DNA of 64,000 bases from Kudoa neothunni (Eukaryota > Animalia > Cnidaria). Position 1 is the first letter of the stretch. Each line of letters starts with the position of its first letter. A program made the position numbers and the translations under genes. The notes below the pieces were generated by a model that was given only the letters and a program-made list of their open reading frames with translations, searched no databases and was not told the origin of the DNA. Shown here piece by piece: positions 14,603 through 27,109 of the stretch. The stretch lies in NCBI GenBank assembly GCA_964304625.1, contig OZ199840.1, forward strand, positions 7,695,744-7,759,743. The letters run 5' to 3'.

Positions 14603-16055
14603 ATGGCAGTGGCTGATCTGATGGTTCGATTGCATGGAGACAAATTCCACACATTATTCAACAGTATGGAAGAATGCCCACAAATAAGGATGAATGATCC
14701 AAAGTTAGTTTTTGAGAAAGTGGGCCGAATAAAATTAGGAGGACTGAGAAGAATTCAAGTAATTTTCTATGCGATTAGTAGTTTTACGTTGATGATTTCC
14801 CCCAAAATAGGCGATAATAGATTTCGACAGAACTATATCCAGTTATTGCGACCTTAAGGGAAATCACTGCCCAACGTCATATCGTAACTCATGGCACCCA
14901 TAATTTTGTTAAGGATAAATTAACTGTTTATTTTAGGTACGTTTATGGGATTTTGTCGTAAAAGTGATGAACTATCCAAAATTGTAATAACTTTTCCAAC
15001 TTCATTTATTTAAGTTTCAACTTGTATAATGCATATTGCATTTTTCTATGTAGGAAAAAGATCTAAGCGAAATCTACACTCCTATTGAATATGATCAGTA
15101 ATTATTGATTCATTTAGCGAAACATTCGATACTATATGTTGTGATCTACTATTCAACTTTTTCGTAAAAATTTAACGTTTAGTTCGATCCCGGAAGAAAA
15201 AAAGATTCCTTTGATGTTAGAGTGGTGGAAAGCCACAAACGATGCTATTATAGAGGTGAAGGAATCAAAAGAATCGATTTCATTTTCGATTGATAAAAGC
15301 GGCATATATTTACGTGAAGGATTTGATCAAATATTGACATGGTTGAATATTCAGAATGTTCCCGTTTGTATCGCATCTGGTGGCTTAGGAGGTCTATTAG
15401 CTTATATTACTTCCAACAGACACATAACAATCAAAAATAAACAAATAAAACAGCCACAATTTATTAATTTTGATGTGTTGTCGTTAAAATGAATCATTAT
15501 TGTATGAAATTTGGTGTTATGAATTTATAGATGTGGTAAAAGGCACCATTGAAAAATATTGTGGCGTCCTACAAAACTTAAGTTATGCGTCGAATTTTTT
15601 TCTATATGATGAAAACGATGTAATCAAATATGACATTGACCAATGATAAGCGAATTATTGAAGATTATTGTGGAATTTTCTCAACCAATGATTCATTCCA
15701 ATAACAAGCACATCATCGATCAATGCGATGTCTACTTTGATAAGGTACGTTTTAACAGATTTGATATGGAATGCATTCAAATTTACAGATACGAACCAAT
15801 ATTCTTCTTATTGGAGACTCTATTGGAGATTGTCGTATGGCGGACAACTTTCCTGTTGATAATGTTCTAAAGATTGGTTTTCTAAATTGTGATGTAATTC
15901 TTTTTTCCGCTGAATAGAAGATGAGGGAAAATAACTTTTAGGAGGAAAATAACTTTGAAAATTATTTGAATCACTTTGATATTGTGATAAAATCAGGACA
16001 CTCCTCAAGGGATATTTTTCCACTTCTTTCATTCTTATTAGATGTTCAGTTGTAA
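14603..16055 (+). CDS. NT5C3: Cytosolic 5'-nucleotidase III, paralogue B
   Basis: Same motifs and intron positions as paralogue A (IIDFDRTIS, CPTSY, KIPLMLEWW, LLIGDSIGDCRMAD, VLKIGFLN). All introns are short; ends FLLDVQL-TAA. Confidence 0.9.
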
Positions 16056-16259
16056 AATCGGATTCAAAAAGGTGGTTTTCTTTTCCACTCTAATTTTATA
16101 GACCAGCTCCTAGTTTAGTTAACTAGTTTAGTTAAGGGGCGGAGAAGATGCTATAATAGTGATAATTTGTTGTACGACGGTGGCCAAATTGCTGCCCTTG
16201 AGCGCTTGGAAGTTATTGGCTGAGCTAATAAATTTATTGGGTTTAGTTGATGGAATTAG

Positions 16260-18408
16260 CCCTCTAACGATCCAAAAGTCGATACCCCCACTAAGGTTTT
16301 TGGGGTGTAATTAACCCCACATTTTTATTTGTGGATTATATGCAAAAAATTACAAAAATATTATTTGTAAACTATAACGAAAATCTATTGGGGGGAACCC
16401 CTATAAATACATAACGATATATGCGCTTTAATCCCATTCTAATCCGATTTATTAAACTTATACGCACCATTCGTATATAATCGTTAGTTGAGATATAACA
16501 TTAATTTGTTGTCCTAAGAGAATTAGCCAACTTTGCATGAATCGCATGAGAAAAAAATATATTTAATGATAATACACGTTATTTTTCACATTTAAAACAA
16601 GTGTTAGATGAATGATGCGAGCAGTAATATTTGAAACAAGATTTGCACCATTGCGACGTTTTACGATCTTTTTTTCTTTCGCAATATTCACATCTATATT
16701 GTTTCAAACTGCTGGTAGGGGCTTTCTTCGGGAAACGATCACCTTTTGGTACATTCTTTATGATTTTGGTTGGCATATTTCCAGAGAGAAGAGGATCGTA
16801 AAGACATTGAGCAATTTCTTTCAGAAATGCGCGCCTGTTCTTCTTTGAATTATTGAAAATATCTTTATATAACGCAAACGCATTAACTAAGGACAGGTCA
16901 ACCATATTAAAAACACTATCATAGGTCATCTCCTCGTAAACCTGCGAACTGAAACAGATGCAAGCATTCTATCAATGTTATCAACGCCGCCTTTAGTTTG
17001 GTTGTAATTCAATATTACGTTGGGTTTGAATTTAAGCTTTTCATCCGATACAGAGTCGTCCGTAGTGCCACCTGTCAAAAGAATGACAGCCTTCGATTTT
17101 TTACATACATATGACACCATCATGCAATTTTTGTAAAATACAAAGTGGCTACTATAAATATGCTTTCTCGGAGAAGGAAGTAGACAGCTTGGGATTTCCT
17201 TTTTATTTTTTCTCAGCGTTCCCAAGGAAGTAAGATTTTTATCCATCAATTTTTCGACGAGCGAAAATGATGAAAAAAAATTGTCAGCCACCACGTTTCG
17301 GCCAGAATAAAAAAGAGGTATTGACAAAGAGAGAACTGTGCTTTCACCAAGGTTACATTGTCTCGTATTGTCGGAATTGTTCTTCCCCAAATAGATACTG
17401 ATATTCAAGACATAGTTCGAGATCGGATCTGCCAATATGAAAAATTTCAAGCCATATTTTGCCGGTTTCATTGGCATATATTGTTTGAACGAACATCTTC
17501 CCCGAAATGACACTAGTTGTTCATCTATCGTTACATCTTGGTTGGGAGCAAAGCACCTGTGCAATATAGTTACCCACTTATCCCATATCTCACGTATGGG
17601 GCAAAATTTGTCCGTTTCTTTCCGCTGAATCCTTGTTTCAAAATCATCAAAATGGATTGATCGATTAATCTGTTTGAAACGACGAAGTTAAAAAAGCCTC
17701 CTGTATATTTCTTTGCCTTCCTTGACACTGAAAAGTTCACATAAAGGCTCTTGCCGATCCTTATGCGTTCCCATCAGTATAAGGAGACCCAAGTAACCTT
17801 TAAATTCAACAATGTCTACGTCAAACCATTCTTCTTTGAAATGTTTTGTGCCAAACGCGTTGGTGTATTTCATTATTGTTGAGCATATTTCATCATTGAA
17901 AAATAGCAAAAAACAGTCGACAATTGTTTTTATTCTTAAAAATGCATATGAGGTAGGACCAGGAGCAGATTCCATAATGTTTGCGGCAATGGTTTTTGTC
18001 GCAGGTGGCTTTTTATCGCTCCATGAGATACCGCTTTTACTTATTAAAGTATTAGTATGGACTATATCCTCTCCAATACTCTCTTCACTGATTTCAAAAT
18101 CTTCGATAATAAAATCGTCATATTCGCTACCATATGAACCACATTCATCACTGAAGTCGCTGAAATCACTCATGATAAATGCTCAACAACCCGTTCGTGC
18201 ACTCAACAAACTTCAATTTCAATCATGATTTTTGTAGTCACCTACCCGTTTAAAACAACCGAAACTTTTAATTTTCATATTTTATCCTATATTATAGGTG
18301 TTTTTATAGGAATAACGTGAATTATCAGTTGGCCAGTTATTTTCAAAGAGAGATATGCTTATTTTAAAGTCGCTTTGGGGTGTAATACACCCCAAAAACC
18401 TTAGAGGG
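16260..18408 (-). mobile_element. Full-length piggyBac transposon
   Basis: Ends CCCTCTAA…TTAGAGGG. Flanks are TTAG (left) and TTAA (right). Subterminal inverted repeat CTAAGGTTTTTGGGGTGTA is offset ~30 bp at the left end and terminal at the right. Confidence 0.93.
16579..18173 (-). pseudogene. piggyBac (PGBD-type DDD) transposase with two nonsense codons and one frameshift
   Basis: Motifs VTIDEQLVSFRGRCSFKQYMPMKPAKYGLK, VVADNFFSS, YNQTKGGVDNID and a C-terminal Cys-rich domain. In-frame TAA at 17688-17690, TGA at 16926-16928 (RRW position), and a 1-bp deletion in a T-run near 16910. Confidence 0.92.
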
Positions 18409-19058
18409 TTAATTGAGAAAAATGACCAACTTTGTGATTATGTATTTGAAAAAAATTAATTATTTGATTGTGATAAAAATAAACATTAATAGCTGATAAC
18501 GACCGTTCAGTTATTTTACTAGGGAATTAAGTCATGAAGATAAACACATTAAATGTTCTCTTGGACACATGTGAGTTAGCTATCAACTAGCAATGCTTTA
18601 AAGAGGTTGATGAATATTTTGGGTTAGAATAATTGATTGTTTGGAAGAAAGAACCATTTCAACACTCATTAATGAGATAATGGATTATTTAATGACATAA
18701 TGTTCCTTACTGATGTAATAAATGTTGGGTAAAGACTTATCAACATTACGGAAGAAAATTAACACGACTTCAGATCTCATTCAGGCTTTTTTCAGAGTTT
18801 GAAAATTAAAGTTCGCCAAAGAGACATTATCACAAAAATTCATGCATATTCCATGGATTACGAGATGAACGAATAAATTCATATATTGTGCAGTATTTGA
18901 TGAAAAAGAGTTGAAAGAAAATAAAATTACCAAAATTTTCTGCACCTTCACTACTATGTTTGATTACCTGAATATGCTGAAACACGCTTGAGACTATTAA
19001 ATTCAGTCATGATCGATAAGGTCGGCGAGTGATGTTCAATTTTTGAAAAATTGATTAC

Positions 19059-19540
19059 GACGGATAGACGACAGGGTGTCAGAATATTAGACCGCGAATC
19101 CTGTGGTCACAAGTTCGTATCTGGCTACAGTCAGACACCGCTTCTGCGCTGTGGGTCCTCATTTCATAACGAAAGTTACTGTTAGATTTTAAGCTAATTA
19201 TGCGTGAGGTGAACTTGTAGTTATAATTCAATCCAGTTCAGTTAGGAGAGACGGATTGGACATTTGAATCGTTGGAGACCTAATAGGTAATAAAGTATGT
19301 TGCGAACCCCACAGAGCCAATGCACCTGCGAAGTTGAAGGGGTGATCGGTCTACGATGAGGATGCTAAGTTGGATAAACTTCGATACCACCCTATAAAGA
19401 TAAGATAAGACAGGACAAGGCGAGGGTTACACAATTCACTGTGTTGTCTGCAGTGCTTATAGGCTTATAGAGTCGACCTGACTGGCCACAATTCCGCGGC
19501 TTAATATATTGAGCTAGGGTGTTAAGTTTTTCAAAATAAC
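19059..19540 (+). mobile_element. tRNA-headed SINE, divergent family member
   Basis: B-box-like AGTTCGTATC. Shares colinear blocks with the 26429 copy: GTCAGAC..GCTTC..GTGGGTC, CCCCACAGAGCCAATG, GGGTGAT..GGATG, ATAAAGATAAG and AATTCC..TAATA..TTG.GC.AGGG. Confidence 0.65.
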
Positions 19541-21826
19541 ACATCTTACTGAGATATTTTTCGAAACTCAGACAACATACCAAGCCGGTTTTCACTAGAT
19601 TGGGTTAAATATGGAACCTTTTAATAAGTTATAGAATAAAAGAAGCTCTAATGGCCTGATACTTTTGATATCGTCTTATTGTTTATTTAGGAAAACTTTA
19701 TTTATTGATTTTTAACTTAAATATCTAAATTGCCGTTTGTGTGTTTAAATATTTCCATCTAAAGAAGAATATTTTTGAAATATTCGGAGTATTATTTTGT
19801 TGTTAAAATTAAGTAAAAATTTTAATCCATCCGGTTTCATCAAAAATATTTGAGTCTTTTATCTGTATGAATACGCCTAGTATTGCCAAAGCAAACAGAT
19901 TTTTTAAAAAATATTCATTCATTACAACTGTTAGAATAAACAAAAAATAATGTTAAATAATCTATAAATGAAGAAACATATTCAATATTTCTCTTAAATT
20001 ACATTCGTTGGGTTTAAAACCCCTAAAACGTGAACCTTAGCGAATGTCTCGTATGTTATGCAAGTTCGGCCAACTTTAATGAACTATTATTATGAAATAT
20101 TAAACTTTGCATACTGAAAACTGATAAAGTGATTTAATTAATTTATAAAATTTGAAAAAAATGATTAATTTTTAATGGAAACAAGATTTTACTAATCAAT
20201 TTGTAAAAGAACCAATTGAGGTGACTTAATCATTATACTTCAAAGCAAAATGACCATGGAGGGTCTTCTAAGTAACTGTACCTATTGGCTGATGAAGTTT
20301 TGAGGCGTATGTATAATTACTCATTTTAATAGAAAGTTTTTTTTGCATTACTCTTAACTAATAAGTTATGTTACCATAACATGTAGGATTTATTGTTAAT
20401 TTCGTTTAAAAACACCATATTGTATGAATAATTTTACTTCTAATATCCAAGTTATCTACATGGTCATAATCTGAATTAAATGGAAACTATTTAAAACCCT
20501 AATTTTATTCTTAGAAATATTGATAAATCAACACCTTAATAAATTTGTTTAAAATAATTGAGTCAAATCTAATGTAACCGGAGAATAAAGTGGGTACATG
20601 AAAAATTGAGTTCATTATTATCCTAGATGATTTTCGTCGATTGATTGATAGAGCCGAGATGATAATTAATCTATTTATACATGACCAAATTAACATTATT
20701 AATCTTATATGGATGGCGCCTGAGGAAATAAACTCACAATAAACTGAAAACTAATGCGTTTAATTCTTCTTAAATATAAAATTGGCCTTAAATAAGTTAA
20801 ATACATATTATTTTTAATACTTAAATTAAAAAATTCATATATTAAACGGTTATATTTATCTATAGAGAAATTATTTTATTTCTATTTGTAAAAAATAAAA
20901 TAACTCCTAATTATTAATTTACGCTATTTTCATATATTATCAAAAAATTAACACCTTATTATTTATTCTATTTGTGTATTTTAGATGCTTTTGGCCGCCT
21001 GGATACCTACATAAACGTATTTGTTTGCTGTAATTATGTAATGATATTTGCCACAGTTTTTATACTAAATTTAATTTTTACGCATAAATTCAAAATGGTG
21101 GACATTATCTCAGATAAGTTCATGCAATGTTTAGGATGCAAAAATAATACGAGCTTTAAACTCTTAAAGACTTTGTTGCTCTCAGAACTAGAATATATCC
21201 TTTCTAGTTCATTCCCATTCCACAGATCAAAACGACCCATCAATTGAGTGGAAACACTATGAGTTTATTTCCACCAAATTTGTGGTTGAATCGGGAAGGA
21301 AAAAAATTTCCGTCTAATTTGATAAATGTGAAAGTTAACGTACTATAAAGTTTATAAAAAAACACTAAAAAGCATAAGAGGTAATAACAACTAGAAAAAA
21401 GTCCAAGGAGAGGAAACAACATTTCACATTTAATCAAGTCCTCATTAGCACCGCAGAATAACCGCCAAATCAATTATTCGGAATAATTTTATGATAAAAA
21501 TATCTCAATTGAGATATAATAGTTTACAGCGCTTATTTTTAGCTTTTGTAAAAAAGAACAATTAATTAAAAAATATTAATATCAAAATAAAAAAAATCTA
21601 GCTGAAGAAAAACAAAATGACGAACGAATAAACCTAACTTAAAAACTGACCGACAATCTGCCCAAAAAAGATCAAATAAAAAAAACTTAGACACAGATTA
21701 AACAATTTATATAATCAGGAGTAATTAAAAATATTCTTCATATTAAAATAATTTCTAGCGACAACTTTTACCAACATTATAAGCAGAATGTGTAGACGTG
21801 GATTGGCGGCGACCAGGCGGTATTAT

Positions 21827-22396
21827 TTATTCGACTTCTTCCTCATTTCCGCGAGTAATCGCTCTAGCATATTTCGCATACATAATATTACCAGCCGAAT
21901 CATGAGGGGCTAGTTGGATAGCCAAATCCATCTCTTCGGGATTGAATCTATCGCCCATAGTGGTGAGATAATGTCTGAATGTTTCCTCGGAAATATAACC
22001 AAGATTATCCATGTCCATGCAAGCGAAAGCATTTTTTATAACATCCTCTGGGTCGGTTCCATTAAGACGTTCACCAAATAGTGTAAGATACATAGTAAAA
22101 TTGATTGGTCCAGGAGCGTCGGACAACATTTTTTCTAATTCAGGATCAGTTGCTTCTTTACCCAGATTCGCATACATATCTCGAAGATCATCCTACAAAT
22201 AAGAAATATACGCGGTGATAACTGAAAAATGGCATTATCCAGCACATACTTTATCAATAAAACCATCTCTGTTTTGGTCGGTTAAATTGAAGGCTTCTTT
22301 AAATTCTCTGATTTGAGCCTCATCAAACATAGCAAAAACATTTGATGTTGCTCGTTGAACACGTTTCTTAGCTCCTTTGGTTTTCTTACTGGACAT
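21827..22396 (-). CDS. MYL12: Non-muscle myosin II regulatory light chain (MYL9/MYL12/sqh family)
   Basis: Exons 22396-22250 and 22192-21827. [29 protein letters not shown]-hand [12 protein letters not shown], and [33 protein letters not shown]. Confidence 0.96.
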
Positions 22397-24136
22397 CTTA
22401 ACTTTAATTACTGAAGATACGAATGTTAACGATAGGAATTAAGCTTAGATGAATATACGAATTTTGATTGTTTAAATCTAAGACAAACATCATCATCAAT
22501 TTTTTAATTTTTTGCTTAATATTTTACCTGGCGATAATAATTATTAATGCTGGATTGTTACGTGTACCCGCTTCAATCGAATTTATCGCTCAATTTCGTG
22601 TCATTTGTTAATACCATTTTTAATTATGATATGCAAATATTTACATCAATATAGCTACTATGCTTTAATGCCAAATTAATTGGCCTAATTATTAATATTC
22701 AGTTGTGGGTGTGGTCTTTGGGTTGAGCTATTCTGTCGTATATTAGCTGAGGATTATCCGAGAAAATCTATTATTTATGTGGCCCGTTATCAGTTTAGGA
22801 TAATTCAGCGAACAAATCTAAACATATTTTCGTGATACTATATCCTTAAATTTAACCTATTTCATCTAGTCATTTCTTGATTTGATCCACTGTGTTAATA
22901 CAACTATTAGCTATAACGCATATTGCGTGCAGCTTTTTCCATGAAACATTATTGGAAGTTATTTTACTGCATTAAGAAATTTGTGTAGATAACAAACTGT
23001 TGTCCACTTTGGTCTTTCTATACCGACAATTACCTCATATAAGAAACAACTGATAGATGAGAATGCACTCAAGATAAAATTTTCTACCAACGTTTTGCAT
23101 CATATAATGCTTAAGAGAAGATTAAAAAACTGGAAGTTAATTTTTACACGGTTTAAAAAACATAATCGTAATCTGGATTGGTGATCATACATTAAGATTA
23201 TTACTTATACGTGAAGAAGCAATTACTTCTTAGTGAGATTATTATTTTAAGATTATATCTTTCAAGATAAAATTATCGTGTAGGTTGAAAAGAATCGAAT
23301 AATATGCTTTTAATTTCTGGTTTTGGATTAGTTACATATAGATTCGACAAAATCATGTCATCTTTTCTAACACCTGCCTGTACAGTTCACATCTAAAATA
23401 CATTTTCCCAACAGAACATTTATCCACATTATTTAAACCTCCTCCTTACATATATAGCAAAATACATATAAAAATAATTAAAACGATATATTTTTTATAT
23501 CAATTCATGTAGTCTATGTACAATTTATAACATACAACAGTTGGTGCAAATGTATATAAATTTAGGAGAAGTTTAATAGAACTTAACAAACAACACCTAC
23601 ATAAGAAAAAATATATAAGATAAAAAAATTGGCAGAAAAACCCAAGATACTAACCTGTATTACATTTATAATCTAGAAGACATTTGGAAGTAAGGAATCA
23701 GACCAAGACTTAAGGTTATACATAGTTTTTAAAATTTTTAAACTTTGAGATTATAAATAATATTCAAAGCTTTTATGAACGTATACTCAATCATGGAAAT
23801 AATTAAAAATGTTTCTTCTGAAAATAGTTGAAAATAAAAATGTGCCTTCAACCATAGTATTACAGTAGTTCCACAATGTTCGACACAAAATACTGGCACT
23901 ATATATTTTAATAAAACTTTTTTATGTATATAATTATAAAGTTATGTTAACGTCATTATTTTTGAAAATGAATAATACAAATATTGCTATAGCGATGATG
24001 GTCATGGCAGACTTTACGTTAGTCGATAACTTCACACTTCCTATGTTTAATCTGCTATTTTTATCTACCAATGTTCCCAAATAACGTTCCCTAATTTCCA
24101 TTAATTTATTTTCGATCCAATTTTGAAGTATATATA

Positions 24137-24650
24137 TTTTTTGTTTACATGATCCAACCCCTGGCGCAACTTGTTAGGTTGTTAGGTTGTGAAGTTGGGA
24201 TTGGTTAGGCCTTCTGCATTTACACTTTAGGCACCGCAGCGCCATATTAAGATGACTTGCGTTTATGCGGTATTGTGGGATTTAAACCCATTAAACATCA
24301 TCGTTTCGGCGCAACCACCACCACCACCCCAATCATACCTTGGACTAACCCGGAATTAATCTGGGAAAGTCGTCTGAATGCGGGAGTCGGTTCCACAGAA
24401 TCCCCTACCCCTACTGGGTTTTATTTCGTTCCTGTATCCCGGTGTTTATGGGTGCCCAAGATCTACCCTTCCGCCAGGTTCTCCTTCCAGCAGCAAGTAA
24501 CATCACGATAAACCGAAGATACCTTCGATTACTACTGTCTTCTTACTCAATTTAGCATAAAGAGTACAGAAACGCCCGGACTAGGCCTTGAACTCGCAAT
24601 CTCCGGTATGGGAACCACACCTAACATTACTATGCCATATTGTCCTGGCC
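24137..24650 (-). mobile_element. tRNA-headed SINE with a distinct head and body but the shared 3' tail
   Basis: Minus strand has A-box TGGCATAGTAATG and B-box GAGTTCAAGGCC. Tail GATGTTTAATGGG..TCCCACA.TACCGCATAAA…CTGCGGTGCCTAAAG…CACAACCTAACAAGTTGCGCCAGGGG followed by an A-rich end. Confidence 0.75.
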
Positions 24651-25628
24651 AAATTTCGAAATATGTAAAAATGACACTAAGTGCTGTGCTGGATTCGGTT
24701 CGTTTCCTATAATGTTTGATTTTTAATATTAAAATATTTGAATTTGGACGATCAACTGTTAAAATACATTCTAAAATGGGATTGAAAACTGTGATTTTCG
24801 TTAGTACGCGATTTTTTAAATTAAATATACATAAAAGTTACAGAAAACAATGGAATAAATATACGCCAATTTATTAAAGATTAATTTTAAACATACGGTA
24901 TTTCGCGATCAAATTACAAACTTTTTTGACATATTTAAATAAAAATTTATATTAAACTTAAAAATGTATTTAATTACATGGTTTTATGGATTGAGAGTTA
25001 ATAGTCTGATAAGTAAGGTTGGCTGGGTAGAACATGACAAAAATGTGTTTTATTAATCTAGAATCAAAGTATTAACAAGGTTATTCCATAATGTTTAATG
25101 GGAAAATGTTAAAAACATATCATACATAACGGATAAAATTTTAAGAATTCTCAAGGAAAATTAATACCGCCTGCTCAATTTGATGAAATATCCAGTGAAG
25201 GTTCCAGCTCACCAAGTCGACAAATGAATGCTGGCATTATTGCATAAAAGAGATATCGAATGATTACCCTAAGGATAAGGGAACTGGTTATTCTTAACTA
25301 CAAAATAATCGAATTTATTATATACACCAAATATTCTAATTGAGAAAAACCATTTTAAGAAGGTTTACACATCTCTTTCATAATACTCATAAATTAGATC
25401 ATTATATTAAAGATCTACATACCAAATTTATATCTATAATTTTGGTAGTTTTTTATAAAATTGGAATGATTTTTTGTTTCTTAATTTTTGAATTGTATCA
25501 TTCGTTGTGATATATTAAGTAAACGATTTAAACAAAAGTTATATAGTATCATTCTTGAGGTGGATACAATCCTTTAAATATATATAATTCTTTGCAAAAT
25601 TAAAAATCCTCACTTCATTAAATAAGCA

Positions 25629-26428
25629 ATGCCATTAAAAACAAGGTGAGACACCATGACAATGCAAAATCGCTGCATATTAGCGAATCAACCTGCAGTC
25701 GTATAATAAAAAGGGACAAACGAACAATTTCCCTAAATCGCTAAAGTGAGGAGATCATCGTACCCTATTCAACGAGAAGAAAAAACGTTTTGCATCGTCA
25801 CAGGTGGATGGCAGCTGTACAATTTCATTGAAAAATTTTTCGAAATTTATCAACTAAAAATATCAAGACAAACAATCAAAACAATATTAAATGAATTTCA
25901 TACATCTCCAATAAAATATTTTTCGTTCCGGCTGAGAGAAATTTTCATTGGAATATTTTATCTCGTTTTGAGTATAATAAAATTTATTCATATTTATGGA
26001 ATAATCTTTAATTACGTTAATGAATATATGATTATAGAGTCCACCTTCTCTGAAATCATATTCATTGACAAATCAGAGTTTTCGCTGCCGATACGTCGCA
26101 TTGACGGCGGATTTCCCTCTGATACATGAACAAACTTAAATGTGACATCGATAAGGTCGCAGAATATCTCACTACTGCCGGAATAAGTGGTAATAAATGT
26201 GGGATTTTAATGTTCATAAAGACGAAGTAAACTAAATGGTATTTTGCGAATTTTTACAAAAATTTTGATAACTGATCTTCAAATTCAATTAAAAACGTAG
26301 TTTTAATGATGGATAATGAAAATTTTCACAAGGCAGAGCTCATACAATCTGTTGTAGAGAATAGTGGTCATAGATCATTATTGTTATCACCTTATTCTCC
26401 TTTTCTGATTCCCATTGAGGAATTATTA
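25629..26428 (+). pseudogene. Tc1/IS630-family (DD34E-like) transposase remnant
   Basis: IIFIDKSEFSL and VVLMMDNENFHKAELIQSVVENSGHRSLLLSPYSPFLIPIEE, with stops and frameshifts; truncated by the SINE. Confidence 0.85.
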
Positions 26429-26863
26429 GCCGAGGTCGGATAGCATATCGTGTGACACTCGGACTCATTACCATGAGGTAATGGGTTCGAATCCGCCGTT
26501 GGTCAGACTACTGCTTCCGTGTCGGTGGGTCTCTATCCCATATTTGGGAGCTGTGGTTAAAGTGTACGCTCGCTGTGAAATAGGGTGAGCTTGAATAGGA
26601 GTTTGAATCTCCGGAACCCATCGAAAGACAAGTAATTTGCAGTCCTCACAGAACCAATGTCCTTAAAGAGATAGGGTTTAGGGTGATGGTCGCTCTGAGG
26701 CAAGGATGTTTAATGGGTCAAAGTCCCACACTACCGCATAAAGATAAGGGGCAGGGTTTCATGTTACGTCTTTCCGTGTCTAAAGCGTTAATGGAAGAGG
26801 TATGACCAAACAGAATTCCACAATCTAATAAGTTGCGCCAGGGGTTTTGCCTTGTAAAAAAAA
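26429..26863 (+). mobile_element. tRNA-headed SINE
   Basis: tRNA-like head with B-box GGTTCGAATCC, GC-rich body and A-rich tail; colinear and highly similar to 63505-63941. Confidence 0.85.
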
Positions 26864-27050
26864 CGTTGGAGGAAAAAAAATTTGGTTGTTAAGATATAAT
26901 CCATATTCCACATCAAATTTTGTATGAATCTATTTTTTAAAATAATTTAGGAGAATAGATAAAATTTTAAGTATTTCAGATAATTATTAAATATTCTATG
27001 AACAAATTAAAATCCTTTTGGGATCTAAAGACCTCAAGCCTATTAGAGGG
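26864..27050. mobile_element. Solo terminal fragment of a piggyBac derivative
   Basis: Aligns by eye to 41066-41261 and ends TTAGAGGG-TTAA. Confidence 0.8.
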
Positions 27051-27109
27051 TTAAATTTCTAGATAATGGTTATTTTCGTGATGATTTAGGAAATTGCTTA
27101 AATAATTTC

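Noticed and set aside
16926-17690. Stop-codon reassignment suggested by TGA at a conserved Trp and an in-frame TAA in the piggyBac ORF
   Set aside because: Host genes use TGG for Trp and end in TAA/TAG. In-frame stops are confined to transposon relics that also carry frameshifts.
17812-18228. Plus-strand ORFs over the piggyBac, and similar shadow ORFs at 3143-3433, 48879-49199 and 60833-61157
   Set aside because: Antisense shadows of real coding sequence with no independent motifs.
26429-26510. Functional tRNA genes at the SINE heads (also 19060, 24650 and 63505)
   Set aside because: Acceptor and D stems pair poorly, anticodon loops differ between near-identical copies, and each head is fused to a repeated body and A-tail.
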